DNA of 64,000 bases from Eledone cirrhosa (GCA_964016885.1 OZ024741.1:402504001-402568000); one strand, 5' to 3'; numbered from the stretch's first letter, positions 1 to 14,990 are shown. The notes: a model not told the origin generated them from the sequence alone. Made by a program: numbers and translations.

Positions 1-3000
1 CACCTCCCTCCCTTCTGATTACTGAGTTGAAGACAGTGTGTTTAGCTTTTAAACCTCCCTCCCTTCTTCTGATTACTGAGTTGAAGACAGTGTGTTTAGC
101 TTTTACACCTCCCTCCCTTCTTCTGATTACTGAGTTGAAGACAGTGTGTTTAGCTTTTACAACTACCGCCCTTCTTCTGATTACTGAGTTGAAGACAGTG
201 TGTTTAGATTTTACACCTCCCTCCCTTCTTCTGATTACTGAGTTGAAGACAGTGAGTTTAGCTTTTACACCTCCCTCCCTTCTTCTGATTACTGAGTTGA
301 AGACAGTGTGTTCAGCTTTTACACCTCCCTCCCTTCTGATTACTGAGTTGAAGACAGTGTGTTTAGCTTTTACACCTCCCCCCCTTCTTCTGATTACTGA
401 GTTGAAGACAGTGTGTTTAGCTTTTACAACTCCCGCCCTTCTTCTGATTACTGAGTTGAAGACAGTGTGTTTAGCTTTTACACCTACCTCCCTTCTTCTG
501 ATTACTGAGTTGAAGACAGTGTGTTCAGCTTTTACACCTCCCTTCTGATTACTGAGTTGAAGACAGTGTGTTTAGCTTTTACACCTCCCTCCCTACTTCT
601 GATTACTGAGTTGAAGACAGTGTGTTTAGCTTTTACACCTCCCTCTCTACTTCTGATTACTGAGTTGAAGACAGTGTGTTTAGCTTTTACACCTCCCTCC
701 CTTCTTCTGATTACTGAGTTGAAGACAGTGTGTTTAGCTTTTACACCTCCCACCCTACTTCTGATTACTGAGTTGAAGACAGTGTGTTTAGCTTTTACAC
801 CTCCCTCCCTTCTTCTGATTACTGAGTTGAAGTCAGTGTGTTTAGCTTTTACACCTCCCACCCTTCTTCTGATTACTGAGTTGAAGACAGTGTGTTTAGC
901 TGTTACACCTCCCTCCCTTCTTCTGATTACTGAGTTGAAGACAGTGTGTTTAGCTTTTACACCTCCCTCCCTTCTTCTGATTGCTGAGTTGAAGACAGTG
1001 TGTTTATCTTTTACACCTCACTCCCTTCTTCTGATTACTGAGTTGAAAACAGTGTGTTTAGCATTTACACCTCCCTCCCTTCTTCTGATTACTGAGTTGA
1101 AGACAGTGTGTTTAGCTTTTACACCTCCCTCCCTTCTTCTGATTACTGCGTTGAAGACAGTGTGTTTAGCTTTTACACCTCCCTCCCTTCTTCTGATTAC
1201 TGAGTTGAAGACAGTGTGTTTAGCTTTTACACCTCCCTCCCTCCTTCTGATTACTGAGTTGAAGACAGTGTGTTTAGCTTTTACACCTCCCTCCCTTCTG
1301 ATTACTGAGTTGAAGACAGTGTGTTTAGCTTTTACACCTCCCTCCCTTCTTCTGATTACTGAGTTGAAGACAGTGTGTTTAGCTTTTACACCTCCCTCCC
1401 TTCTTCTGATTACTGAGTTGAAGACAGTGTATTTAGCTTTTACACCTCCCTCCCTACTTCTGATTGCTGAGTTGAAGACAGTGTGTTTAGCTTTTACACC
1501 TCCCTCCCTTCTTCTGATTACTGAGTTGAAGACAGTGTGTTTAGCTTTTACACCTCCCTCCCTTCTTCTGATTACTCAGTTGAAGACAGTGTGTTTAGCT
1601 TTTACACCTCCCTCCCTTCTTCTGATTACTCAGTTGAAGACAGTGTGTTTAGCTTTTACACCTCCCTCCCTTCTTCTGATTACTCAGTTGAAGACAGTGT
1701 GTTTAGCTTTTACACCTCCCTCCCTTTTTCTGATTACTCAGTTGAAGACAGTGTGTTTAGCTTTTACACCTCCCTCCCTTCTTCTGATTACTCAGTTGAA
1801 GACAGTGTGTTTAGCTTTTACACCTCCCTCCGTTCTTCTGATTACTGAGTTGAAGACAGTGTGTTTAGCTTTTACACCTCCCTCCCTTCTGATCACTGAT
1901 TTGAAGAGAGTGTGTTTAGCTTTTACACCACCCTCCCTTCTGATTACTGAGTTGAAGACAGTGTGTTTAGCTTTTACACCTCCCTCCCTTCTTCTGATTA
2001 CTGAGTTGAAGACAGTGTGTTTAGCTTTTACACCTCCCTCCCTTCTTCTGATTACTGAGTTGAAGACAGTGTGTTTAGCTTTTACACCTCCCTCCCTTCT
2101 TCTGATTACTGAGTTGAAGACAGTGTGTTTAGCTTTTACACCTCCCTCCCTTCTGATCACTGAGTTGAAGACAGTGTGTTTAGCTTTTACACCTCCCTCC
2201 CTTCTGATTACTGAGTTGAAGACAGTGAGTTTATCTTTTACACCTCCCTCCCATCTTCTGATTACTTAGTTGAAGACAGTGTGTTTAGCTTTTACACCTC
2301 CCTCCCTTCTTCTGAATACTGAGTTGAAGACTGTGTGTTTAGCTTTTACACCTCCCTCCCTTCTTCTGATTACTGAGTTGATGACTGTGTTTAGCTTTTA
2401 CACCTCCCTCCCTACTTCTAATTACTGAGTTGAAGACAGTGTGTTTAGCTTTTACACCTCCCTCCCTTCTTCTGATTACTGAGTTGAAGACAGTGTGTTT
2501 AGCTTTTACACCTCCCTCCCTTCTTCTGATTACTGAGTTGAAGACAGTGTGTTTAGCTGTTACACCTCCCTCGCTTCTTCTGATTACTGAGTTGAAGACA
2601 GTGTATTTAGCTTTTACACCTCCCTCCCTTCTTCTGATTACTGAGTTGAAGACAGTGTGTTTAGCTTTTACACCTCCCTCCCTTCTTCTGATTACTGAGT
2701 TGAAGACAGTGTGTTTAGCTGTTACACCTCCCTCGCTTCTTCTGATTACTGAGTTGAAGACAGTGTGTTTAGCTTTTACACCTCCCTCCCTTCTTCTGAT
2801 TACTGAGTTGAAGACAGTGTGTTTAGCTTTTACACCACCCTCCCTTCTTCTGATTGCTGAGTTGAAGACAGTGTGTTTATCTTTTACACCTCCCTCCCTT
2901 CTTCTGATTACTGAGTTGAAAACAGTGTGTTTAGCATTTACACCTCCCTCCCTTCTTCTGATTACTGAGTTGAAGACAGTGTGTTTAGCTTTTACACCTC

Positions 3001-5225
3001 CCTCCCTTCTTCTGATTACTGAGTTGAAGACAGTGTATTTAGCTTTTACACCTCCCTCCCTACTTCTGATTGCTGAGTTGAAGACAGTGTGTTTAGCTTT
3101 TACACCTCCCTCCCTTCTTCTGATTACTCAGTTGAAGACAGTGTGTTTAGCTTTTACACCTCCCTCCCTTCTTCTGATTACTCAGTTGAAGACAGTGTGT
3201 TTAGCTTTTACACCTCCCTCCCTTCTTCTGATTACTCAGTTGAAGACAGTGTGTTTAGCTTTTACACCTCCCTCCCTTCTTCTGATTACTCAGTTGAAGA
3301 CAGTGTGTTTAGCTTTTACACCTCCCTCCCTTTTTCTGATTACTCAGTTGAAGACAGTGTGTTTAGCTTTTACACCTCCCTCCCTTCTTCTGATTACTCA
3401 GTTGAAGACAGTGTGTTTAGCTTTTACACCTCCCTCCCTTCTTCTGATTACTGAGTTGATGACAGTGTGTTTAGCTTTTACACCTCCCTCCCTTCTTCTG
3501 ATTACTGAGTTGAAGACAGTGTGTTTAGCTTTTACACCTCCCTCCCTTCTGATCACTGAGTTGAAGAGAGTGTGTTTAGCTTTTACACCACCCTCCCTTC
3601 TGATTACTGAGTTGAAGACAGTGTGTTTAGCTTTTACACCTCCCTCCCTTCTTCTGATTACTGAGTTGAAGACAGTGTGTTCAGCTTTTACACCTCCCTT
3701 CTGATTACTGAGTTGAAGACAGTGTGTTTAGCTTTTACACCTCCCTCCCTACTTCTGATTACTGAGTTGAAGACAGTGTGTTTAGCTTTTACACCTCCCT
3801 CCCTTCTGATTACTGAGTTGAAGACAGTGTGTTTAGCTTTTAAACCTCCCTCCCTTCTTCTGATTACTGAGTTGAAGACAGTGTGTTTAGCTTTTACACC
3901 TCCCTCCCTTCTTCTGATTACTGAGTTGAAGACAGTGTGTTTAGCTGTTACACCTCCCTCGCTTCTTCTGATTACTGAGTTGAAGACAGTGTGGTTAGCT
4001 TTTACACCTCCCTCCCTTCTTCTGATTACTGAGTTGAAGACAGTGTGTTTAGCTTTTACACCTCCCTCCCTTCTTCTGATTACTGAGTTGAAGACAGTGT
4101 GTTTTGCTTTTACAACTCCCGCCCTTCTTCTGATTACTGAGTTGAAGACAGTGTGTTTAGCTTTTACACCTCCCTCCCTTCTTCTGATTACTGAGTTGAA
4201 GACAGTGTGTTTAGCTTTTACACCTCCCTCCCTTCTTCTGATTACTGAGTTGAAGACAGTGTGTTTAGCTTTTACAACTCCCGCCCTTCTTCTGATTACT
4301 GAGTTGAAGACAGTGTGTTTAGCTTTTACACCTCCCTCCCTTCTTCTGATTACTGAGTTGAAGACAGTGTGTTTAGCTTTTACACCTCCCTCCCTTCTTC
4401 TGATTACTGAGTTGAAGACAGTGTGTTTAGCTTTTACAACTCCCGCCCTTCTTCTGATTACTGAGTTGAAGACAGTGTGTTTAGCTTTTACACCTCCCTC
4501 CCTTCTTCTGATTACTGAGTTGAAGACAGTGTGTTCAGCTTTTACACCTCCCTTCTGATTACTGAGTTGAAGACAGTGTGTTTAGCTTTTACACCTCCCT
4601 CCCTACTTCTGATTACTGAGTTGAAGACAGTGTGTTTAGCTTTTACACCTCCCTCTCTACTTCTGATTACTGAGTTGAAGACAGTGTGTTTAGCTTTTAC
4701 ACCTCCCTCCCTTCTTCTGATTACTGAGTTGAAGACAGTGTGTTTAGCTTTTACACCTCCCACCCTATTTCTGATTACTGAGTTGAAGACAGTGTGTTTA
4801 GCTTTTACACCTCCCTCCCTTCTTCTGATTACTGAGTTGAAGTCAGTGTGTTTAGCTTTTACACCTCCCACCCTTCTTCTGATTACTGAGTTGAAGACAG
4901 TGTGTTTAGCTGTTACACCTCCCTCCCTTCTTCTGATTACTGAGTTGAAGACAGTGTGTTTAGCTTTTACACCACCCTCCCTTCTTCTGATTGCTGAGTT
5001 GAAGACAGTGTGTTTATCTTTTACACCTCCCTCCCTTCTTCTGATTACTGAGTTGAAAACAGTGTGTTTAGCATTTACACCTCCCTCCCTTCTTCTGATT
5101 ACTGAGTTGAAGACAGTGTATTTAGCTTTTACACCTCCCTCCCTACTTCTGATTGCTGAGTTGAAGACAGTGTGTTTAGCTTTTACACCTCCCTCCCTTC
5201 TTCTGATTACTGAGTTGAAGACAGT

Positions 5226-8200
5226 GTGTTTAGCTTTTACACCTCCCTCCCTTCTTCTGATTACTCAGTTGTAGACAGTGTGTTTAGCTTTTACACCTCC
5301 CTCCCTTCTTCTGATTACTCAGTTGAAGACAGTGTGTTTAGCTTTTACACCTCCCTCCCTTCTTCTGATTACTCAGTTGAAGACAGTGTGTTTAGCTTTT
5401 ACACCTCCCTCCCTTTTTCTGATTACTCAGTTGAAGACAGTGTGTTTAGCTTTTACACCTCCCTCCCTTCTTCTGATTACTCAGTTGAAGACAGTGTGTT
5501 TAGCTTTTACACCTCCCTCCCTTCTTCTGATTACTCAGTTGAAGACAGTGTGTTTAGCTTTTACACCTCCCTCCCTTCTTCTGATTACTCAGTTGAAGAC
5601 AGTGTGTTTAGCTTTTACACCTCCCTCCCTTTTTCTGATTACTCAGTTGAAGACAGTGTGTTTAGCTTTTACACCTCCCTCCCTTCTTCTGATTACTCAG
5701 TTGAAGACAGTGTGTTTAGCTTTTACACCTCCCTCCCTTCTTCTGATTACTGAGTTGATGACAGTGTGTTTAGCTTTTACACCTCCCTCCCTTCTTCTGA
5801 TTACTGAGTTGAAGACAGTGTGTTTAGCTTTTACACCTCCCTCCCTTCTGATCACTGAGTTGAAGAGAGTGTGTTTAGCTTTTACACCACCCTCCCTTCT
5901 GATTACTGAGTTGAAGACAGTGTGTTTAGCTTTTACACCTCCCTCCCTTCTTCTGATTACTGAGTTGAAGACAGTGTGTTTAGCTTTTACACCTCCCTCC
6001 CTTCTTCTGATTACTGAGTTGAAGACAGTGTGTTTAGCTTTTACACCTCCCTCCCTTCTTCTGATTACTGAGTTGAAGACAGTGTGTTTAGCTTTTACAC
6101 CTCCCTCCCTTCTGATCACTGAGTTGAAGACAGTGTGTTTAGCTTTTACACCTCCCTCCCTTCTTCTGATTACTGAGTTGAAGACAGTGTGTTCAGCTTT
6201 TACACCTCCCTTCTGATTACTGAGTTGAAGACAGTGTGTTTAGCTTTTACACCTCCCTCCCTACTTCTGATTACTGAGTTGAAGACAGTGTGTTTAGCTT
6301 TTACACCTCCCTCCCTTCTGATTACTGAGTTGAAGACAGTGTGTTTAGCTTTTAAACCTCCCTCCCTTCTTCTGATTACTGAGTTGAAGACAGTGTGTTT
6401 AGCTTTTACACCTCCCTCCCTTCTTCTGATTACTGAGTTGAAGACAGTGTGTTTAGCTGTTACACCTCCCTCGCTTCTTCTGATTACTGAGTTGAAGACA
6501 GTGTGGTTAGCTTTTACACCTCCCTCCCTTCTTCTGATTACTGAGTTGAAGACAGTGTGTTTAGCTTTTACACCTCCCTCCCTTCTTCTGATTACTGAGT
6601 TGAAGACAGTGTGTTTTGCTTTTACAACTCCCGCCCTTCTTCTGATTACTGAGTTGAAGACAGTGTGTTTAGCTTTTACACCTCCCTCCCTTCTTCTGAT
6701 TACTGAGTTGAAGACAGTGTGTTTAGCTTTTACACCTCCCTCCCTTCTTCTGATTACTGAGTTGAAGACAGTGTGTTTAGCTTTTACAACTCCCGCCCTT
6801 CTTCTGATTACTGAGTTGAAGACAGTGTGTTTAGCTTTTACACCTCCCTCCCTTCTTCTGATTACTGAGTTGAAGACAGTGTGTTTAGCTTTTACACCTC
6901 CCTCCCTTCTTCTGATTACTGAGTTGAAGACAGTGTGTTTAGCTTTTACAACTCCCGCCCTTCTTCTGATTACTGAGTTGAAGACAGTGTGTTTAGCTTT
7001 TACACCTCCCTCCCTTCTTCTGATTACTGAGTTGAAGACAGTGTGTTTAGCTTTTACACCTCCCTCCCTTCTTCTGATTACTCAGTTGTAGACAGTGTGT
7101 TTAGCTTTTACACCTCCCTCCCTTCTTCTGATTACTCAGTTGAAGACAGTGTGTTTAGCTTTTACACCTCCCTCCCTTCTTCTGATTACTCAGTTGAAGA
7201 CAGTGTGTTTAGCTTTTACACCTCCCTCCCTTTTTCTGATTACTCAGTTGAAGACAGTGTGTTTAGCTTTTACACCTCCCTCCCTTCTTCTGATTACTCA
7301 GTTGAAGACAGTGTGTTTAGCTTTTACACCTCCCTCCCTTCTTCTGATTACTCAGTTGAAGACAGTGTGTTTAGCTTTTACACCTCCCTCCCTTCTTCTG
7401 ATTACTCAGTTGAAGACAGTGTGTTTAGCTTTTACACCTCCCTCCCTTTTTCTGATTACTCAGTTGAAGACAGTGTGTTTAGCTTTTACACCTCCCTCCC
7501 TTCTTCTGATTACTCAGTTGAAGACAGTGTGTTTAGCTTTTACACCTCCCTCCCTTCTTCTGATTACTGAGTTGATGACAGTGTGTTTAGCTTTTACACC
7601 TCCCTCCCTTCTTCTGATTACTGAGTTGAAGACAGTGTGTTTAGCTTTTACACCTCCCTCCCTTCTGATCACTGAGTTGAAGAGAGTGTGTTTAGCTTTT
7701 ACACCACCCTCCCTTCTGATTACTGAGTTGAAGACAGTGTGTTTAGCTTTTACACCTCCCTCCCTTCTTCTGATTACTGAGTTGAAGACAGTGTGTTTAG
7801 CTTTTACACCTCCCTCCCTTCTTCTGATTACTGAGTTGAAGACAGTGTGTTTAGCTTTTACACCTCCCTCCCTTCTTCTGATTACTGAGTTGAAGACAGT
7901 GTGTTTAGCTTTTACACCTCCCTCCCTTCTGATCACTGAGTTGAAGACAGTGTGTTTAGCTTTTACACCTCCCTCCCTTCTTCTGATTACTGAGTTGAAG
8001 ACAGTGTGTTCAGCTTTTACACCTCCCTTCTGATTACTGAGTTGAAGACAGTGTGTTTAGCTTTTACACCTCCCTCCCTACTTCTGATTACTGAGTTGAA
8101 GACAGTGTGTTTAGCTTTTACACCTCCCTCCCTTCTGATTACTGAGTTGAAGACAGTGTGTTTAGCTTTTAAACCTCCCTCCCTTCTTCTGATTACTGAG

Positions 8201-8859
8201 TTGAAGACAGTGTGTTTAGCTTTTACACCTCCCTCCCTTCTTCTGATTACTGAGTTGAAGACAGTGTGTTTAGCTGTTACACCTCCCTCGCTTCTTCTGA
8301 TTACTGAGTTGAAGACAGTGTGGTTAGCTTTTACACCTCCCTCCCTTCTTCTGATTACTGAGTTGAAGACAGTGTGTTTAGCTTTTACACCTCCCTCCCT
8401 TCTTCTGATTACTGAGTTGAAGACAGTGTGTTTTGCTTTTACAACTCCCGCCCTTCTTCTGATTACTGAGTTGAAGACAGTGTGTTTAGCTTTTACACCT
8501 CCCTCCCTTCTTCTGATTACTGAGTTGAAGACAGTGTGTTTAGCTTTTACACCTCCCTCCCTTCTTCTGATTACTGAGTTGAAGACAGTGTGTTTAGCTT
8601 TTACAACTCCCGCCCTTCTTCTGATTACTGAGTTGAAGACAGTGTGTTTAGCTTTTACACCTCCCTCCCTTCTTCTGATTACTGAGTTGAAGACAGTGTG
8701 TTTAGCTTTTACACCTCCCTCCCTTCTTCTGATTACTGAGTTGAAGACAGTGTGTTTAGCTTTTACAACTCCCGCCCTTCTTCTGATTACTGAGTTGAAG
8801 ACAGTGTGTTTAGCTTTTACACCTCCCTCCCTTCTTCTGATTACTGAGTTGAAGACAGT
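5226..8859. repeat. Tandem block duplication, period 1817 bp
   Basis: Identical ORF translations start at 5278/7095 and 5226/7043, and a near-identical pair at 6189/8006 (all offset 1817). The rare variant GTTGTAGAC occurs at about 5270 and about 7087. Confidence 0.88.
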
Positions 8860-11800
8860 GTGTTCAGCTTTTACACCTCCCTTCTGATTACTGAGTTGAA
8901 GACAGTGTGTTTAGCTTTTACACCTCCCTCCCTACTTCTGATTACTGAGTTGAAGACAGTGTGTTTAGCTTTTACACCTCCCTCTCTACTTCTGATTACT
9001 GAGTTGAAGACAGTGTGTTTAGCTTTTACACCTCCCTCCCTTCTTCTGATTACTGAGTTGAAGACAGTGTGTTTAGCTTTTACACCTCCCACCCTATTTC
9101 TGATTACTGAGTTGAAGACAGTGTGTTTAGCTTTTACACCTCCCTCCCTTCTTCTGATTACTGAGTTGAAGTCAGTGTGTTTAGCTTTTACACCTCCCAC
9201 CCTTCTTCTGATTACTGAGTTGAAGACAGTGTGTTTAGCTGTTACACCTCCCTCCCTTCTTCTGATTACTGAGTTGAAGACAGTGTGTTTAGCTTTTACA
9301 CCACCCTCCCTTCTTCTGATTGCTGAGTTGAAGACAGTGTGTTTATCTTTTACACCTCCCTCCCTTCTTCTGATTACTGAGTTGAAAACAGTGTGTTTAG
9401 CATTTACACCTCCCTCCCTTCTTCTGATTACTGAGTTGAAGACAGTGTATTTAGCTTTTACACCTCCCTCCCTACTTCTGATTGCTGAGTTGAAGACAGT
9501 GTGTTTAGCTTTTACACCTCCCTCCCTTCTTCTGATTACTGAGTTGAAGACAGTGTGTTTAGCTTTTACACCTCCCTCCCTTCTTCTGATTACTCAGTTG
9601 TAGACAGTGTGTTTAGCTTTTACACCTCCCTCCCTTCTTCTGATTACTCAGTTGAAGACAGTGTGTTTAGCTTTTACACCTCCCTCCCTTCTTCTGATTA
9701 CTCAGTTGAAGACAGTGTGTTTAGCTTTTACACCTCCCTCCCTTTTTCTGATTACTCAGTTGAAGACAGTGTGTTTAGCTTTTACACCTCCCTCCCTTCT
9801 TCTGATTACTCAGTTGAAGACAGTGTGTTTAGCTTTTACACCTCCCTCCCTTCTTCTGATTACTGAGTTGATGACAGTGTGTTTAGCTTTTACACCTCCC
9901 TCCCTTCTTCTGATTACTGAGTTGAAGACAGTGTGTTTAGCTTTTACACCTCCCTCCCTTCTGATCACTGAGTTGAAGAGAGTGTGTTTAGCTTTTACAC
10001 CACCCTCCCTTCTGATTACTGAGTTGAAGACAGTGTGTTTAGCTTTTACACCTCCCTCCCTTCTTCTGATTACTGAGTTGAAGACAGTGTGTTTAGCTTT
10101 TACACCTCCCTCCCTTCTTCTGATTACTGAGTTGAAGACAGTGTGTTTAGCTTTTACACCTCCCTCCCTTCTTCTGATTACTGAGTTGAAGACAGTGTGT
10201 TTAGCTTTTACACCTCCCTCCCTTCTGATCACTGAGTTGAAGACAGTGTGTTTAGCTTTTACACCTCCCTCCCTTCTTCTGATTACTGAGTTGAAGACAG
10301 TGAGTTTATCTTTTACACCTCCCTCCCATCTTCTGATAACTGAGTTGAAGACAGTGTGTTTAGCTTTTACACCTCCCTCCCTTCTTCTGAATACTGAGTT
10401 GAAGACTGTGTGTTTAGCTTTTACACCTCCCTCCCTTCTTCTGATTACTGAGTTGATGACTGTGTTTAGCTTTTACACCTCCCTCCCTACTTCTAATTAC
10501 TGAGTTGAAGACAGTGTGTTTAGCTTTTACACCTCCCTCCCTTCTTCTGATTACTGAGTTGAAGACAGTGTGTTTAGCTTTTACACCTCCCTCCCTTCTT
10601 CTGATTACTGAGTTGAAGACAGTGTGTTTAGCTTTTACACCTCCCTCCCTTCTGATCACTGAGTTGAAGACAGTGTGTTTAGCTTTTACACCTCCCTCCC
10701 TTCTGATTACTGAGTTGAAGACAGTGAGTTTATCTTTTACACCTCCCTCCCATCTTCTGATTACTTAGTTGAAGACAGTGTGTTTAGCTTTTACACCTCC
10801 CTCCCTTCTTCTGAATACTGAGTTGAAGACTGTGTGTTTAGCTTTTACAGCTCCCTCCCTTCTTCTGATTACTGAGTTGATGACTGTGTTTAGCTTTTAC
10901 ACCTCCCTCCCTACTTCTAATTACTGAGTTGAAGACAGTGTGTTTAGCTTTTACACCTCCCTCCCTTCTTCTGATTACTGAGTTGAAGACAGTGTGTTTA
11001 GCTTTTACACCTCCCTCCCTTCTTCTGATTACTGAGTTGAAGACAGTGTGTTTAGCTGTTACACCTCCCTCGCTTCTTCTGATTACTGAGTTGAAGACAG
11101 TGTATTTAGCTTTTACACCTCCCTCCCTTCTTCTGATTACTGAGTTGAAGACAGTGTGTTTAGCTTTTACACCTCCCTCCCTTCTTCTGATTACTGAGTT
11201 GAAGACAGTGTGTTTAGCTGTTACACCTCCCTCGCTTCTTCTGATTACTGAGTTGAAGACAGTGTGTTTAGCTTTTACACCTCCCTCCCTTCTTCTGATT
11301 ACTGAGTTGAAGACAGTGTGTTTAGCTTTTACACCACCCTCCCTTCTTCTGATTGCTGAGTTGAAGACAGTGTGTTTATCTTTTACACCTCCCTCCCTTC
11401 TTCTGATTACTGAGTTGAAAACAGTGTGTTTAGCATTTACACCTCCCTCCCTTCTTCTGATTACTGAGTTGAAGACAGTGTGTTTAGCTTTTACACCTCC
11501 CTCCCTTCTTCTGATTACTGAGTTGAAGACAGTGTATTTAGCTTTTACACCTCCCTCCCTACTTCTGATTGCTGAGTTGAAGACAGTGTGTTTAGCTTTT
11601 ACACCTCCCTCCCTTCTTCTGATTACTCAGTTGAAGACAGTGTGTTTAGCTTTTACACCTCCCTCCCTTCTTCTGATTACTCAGTTGAAGACAGTGTGTT
11701 TAGCTTTTACACCTCCCTCCCTTCTTCTGATTACTCAGTTGAAGACAGTGTGTTTAGCTTTTACACCTCCCTCCCTTCTTCTGATTACTCAGTTGAAGAC

Positions 11801-14800
11801 AGTGTGTTTAGCTTTTACACCTCCCTCCCTTTTTCTGATTACTCAGTTGAAGACAGTGTGTTTAGCTTTTACACCTCCCTCCCTTCTTCTGATTACTCAG
11901 TTGAAGACAGTGTGTTTAGCTTTTACACCTCCCTCCCTTCTTCTGATTACTGAGTTGATGACAGTGTGTTTAGCTTTTACACCTCCCTCCCTTCTTCTGA
12001 TTACTGAGTTGAAGACAGTGTGTTTAGCTTTTACACCTCCCTCCCTTCTGATCACTGAGTTGAAGAGAGTGTGTTTAGCTTTTACACCACCCTCCCTTCT
12101 GATTACTGAGTTGAAGACAGTGTGTTTAGCTTTTACACCTCCCTCCCTTCTTCTGATTACTGAGTTGAAGACAGTGTGTTTAGCTTTTACACCTCCCTCC
12201 CTTCTTCTGATTACTGAGTTGAAGACAGTGTGTTTAGCTTTTACACCTCCCTCCCTTCTTCTGATTACTGAGTTGAAGACAGTGTGTTTAGCTTTTACAC
12301 CTCCCTCCCTTCTGATCACTGAGTTGAAGACAGTGTGTTTAGCTTTTACACCTCCCTCCCTTCTTCTGATTACTGAGTTGAAGACAGTGTGTTCAGCTTT
12401 TACACCTCCCTTCTGATTACTGAGTTGAAGACAGTGTGTTTAGCTTTTACACCTCCCTCCCTACTTCTGATTACTGAGTTGAAGACAGTGTGTTTAGCTT
12501 TTACACCTCCCTCCCTTCTGATTACTGAGTTGAAGACAGTGTGTTTAGCTTTTAAACCTCCCTCCCTTCTTCTGATTACTGAGTTGAAGACAGTGTGTTT
12601 AGCTTTTACACCTCCCTCCCTTCTTCTGATTACTGAGTTGAAGACAGTGTGTTTAGCTGTTACACCTCCCTCGCTTCTTCTGATTACTGAGTTGAAGACA
12701 GTGTGGTTAGCTTTTACACCTCCCTCCCTTCTTCTGATTACTGAGTTGAAGACAGTGTGTTTAGCTTTTACACCTCCCTCCCTTCTTCTGATTACTGAGT
12801 TGAAGACAGTGTGTTTTGCTTTTACAACTCCCGCCCTTCTTCTGATTACTGAGTTGAAGACAGTGTGTTTAGCTTTTACACCTCCCTCCCTTCTTCTGAT
12901 TACTGAGTTGAAGACAGTGTGTTTAGCTTTTACACCTCCCTCCCTTCTTCTGATTACTGAGTTGAAGACAGTGTGTTTAGCTTTTACAACTCCCGCCCTT
13001 CTTCTGATTACTGAGTTGAAGACAGTGTGTTTAGCTTTTACACCTCCCTCCCTTCTTCTGATTACTGAGTTGAAGACAGTGTGTTTAGCTTTTACACCTC
13101 CCTCCCTTCTTCTGATTACTGAGTTGAAGACAGTGTGTTTAGCTTTTACAACTCCCGCCCTTCTTCTGATTACTGAGTTGAAGACAGTGTGTTTAGCTTT
13201 TACACCTCCCTCCCTTCTTCTGATTACTGAGTTGAAGACAGTGTGTTCAGCTTTTACACCTCCCTTCTGATTACTGAGTTGAAGACAGTGTGTTTAGCTT
13301 TTACACCTCCCTCCCTACTTCTGATTACTGAGTTGAAGACAGTGTGTTTAGCTTTTACACCTCCCTCTCTACTTCTGATTACTGAGTTGAAGACAGTGTG
13401 TTTAGCTTTTACACCTCCCTCCCTTCTTCTGATTACTGAGTTGAAGACAGTGTGTTTAGCTTTTACACCTCCCACCCTATTTCTGATTACTGAGTTGAAG
13501 ACAGTGTGTTTAGCTTTTACACCTCCCTCCCTTCTTCTGATTACTGAGTTGAAGTCAGTGTGTTTAGCTTTTACACCTCCCACCCTTCTTCTGATTACTG
13601 AGTTGAAGACAGTGTGTTTAGCTGTTACACCTCCCTCCCTTCTTCTGATTACTGAGTTGAAGACAGTGTGTTTAGCTTTTACACCACCCTCCCTTCTTCT
13701 GATTGCTGAGTTGAAGACAGTGTGTTTATCTTTTACACCTCCCTCCCTTCTTCTGATTACTGAGTTGAAAACAGTGTGTTTAGCATTTACACCTCCCTCC
13801 CTTCTTCTGATTACTGAGTTGAAGACAGTGTATTTAGCTTTTACACCTCCCTCCCTACTTCTGATTGCTGAGTTGAAGACAGTGTGTTTAGCTTTTACAC
13901 CTCCCTCCCTTCTTCTGATTACTGAGTTGAAGACAGTGTGTTTAGCTTTTACACCTCCCTCCCTTCTTCTGATTACTCAGTTGTAGACAGTGTGTTTAGC
14001 TTTTACACCTCCCTCCCTTCTTCTGATTACTCAGTTGAAGACAGTGTGTTTAGCTTTTACACCTCCCTCCCTTCTTCTGATTACTCAGTTGAAGACAGTG
14101 TGTTTAGCTTTTACACCTCCCTCCCTTTTTCTGATTACTCAGTTGAAGACAGTGTGTTTAGCTTTTACACCTCCCTCCCTTCTTCTGATTACTCAGTTGA
14201 AGACAGTGTGTTTAGCTTTTACACCTCCCTCCCTTCTTCTGATTACTGAGTTGATGACAGTGTGTTTAGCTTTTACACCTCCCTCCCTTCTTCTGATTAC
14301 TGAGTTGAAGACAGTGTGTTTAGCTTTTACACCTCCCTCCCTTCTGATCACTGAGTTGAAGAGAGTGTGTTTAGCTTTTACACCACCCTCCCTTCTGATT
14401 ACTGAGTTGAAGACAGTGTGTTTAGCTTTTACACCTCCCTCCCTTCTTCTGATTACTGAGTTGAAGACAGTGTGTTTAGCTTTTACACCTCCCTCCCTTC
14501 TTCTGATTACTGAGTTGAAGACAGTGTGTTTAGCTTTTACACCTCCCTCCCTTCTTCTGATTACTGAGTTGAAGACAGTGTGTTTAGCTTTTACACCTCC
14601 CTCCCTTCTGATCACTGAGTTGAAGACAGTGTGTTTAGCTTTTACACCTCCCTCCCTTCTTCTGATTACTGAGTTGAAGACAGTGAGTTTATCTTTTACA
14701 CCTCCCTCCCATCTTCTGATAACTGAGTTGAAGACAGTGTGTTTAGCTTTTACACCTCCCTCCCTTCTTCTGAATACTGAGTTGAAGACTGTGTGTTTAG

Positions 14801-14990
14801 CTTTTACACCTCCCTCCCTTCTTCTGATTACTGAGTTGATGACTGTGTTTAGCTTTTACACCTCCCTCCCTACTTCTAATTACTGAGTTGAAGACAGTGT
14901 GTTTAGCTTTTACACCTCCCTCCCTTCTTCTGATTACTGAGTTGAAGACAGTGTGTTTAGCTTTTACACCTCCCTCCCTTCTTCTGATTA
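7500..14990. repeat. Block copy at offset 4383 bp (about 7.5-10.6 kb vs about 11.9-15.0 kb)
   Basis: Identical translations at 8006/12389, 8860/13243, 9607/13990 and 7514/11897, all 4383 apart. Confidence 0.88.
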
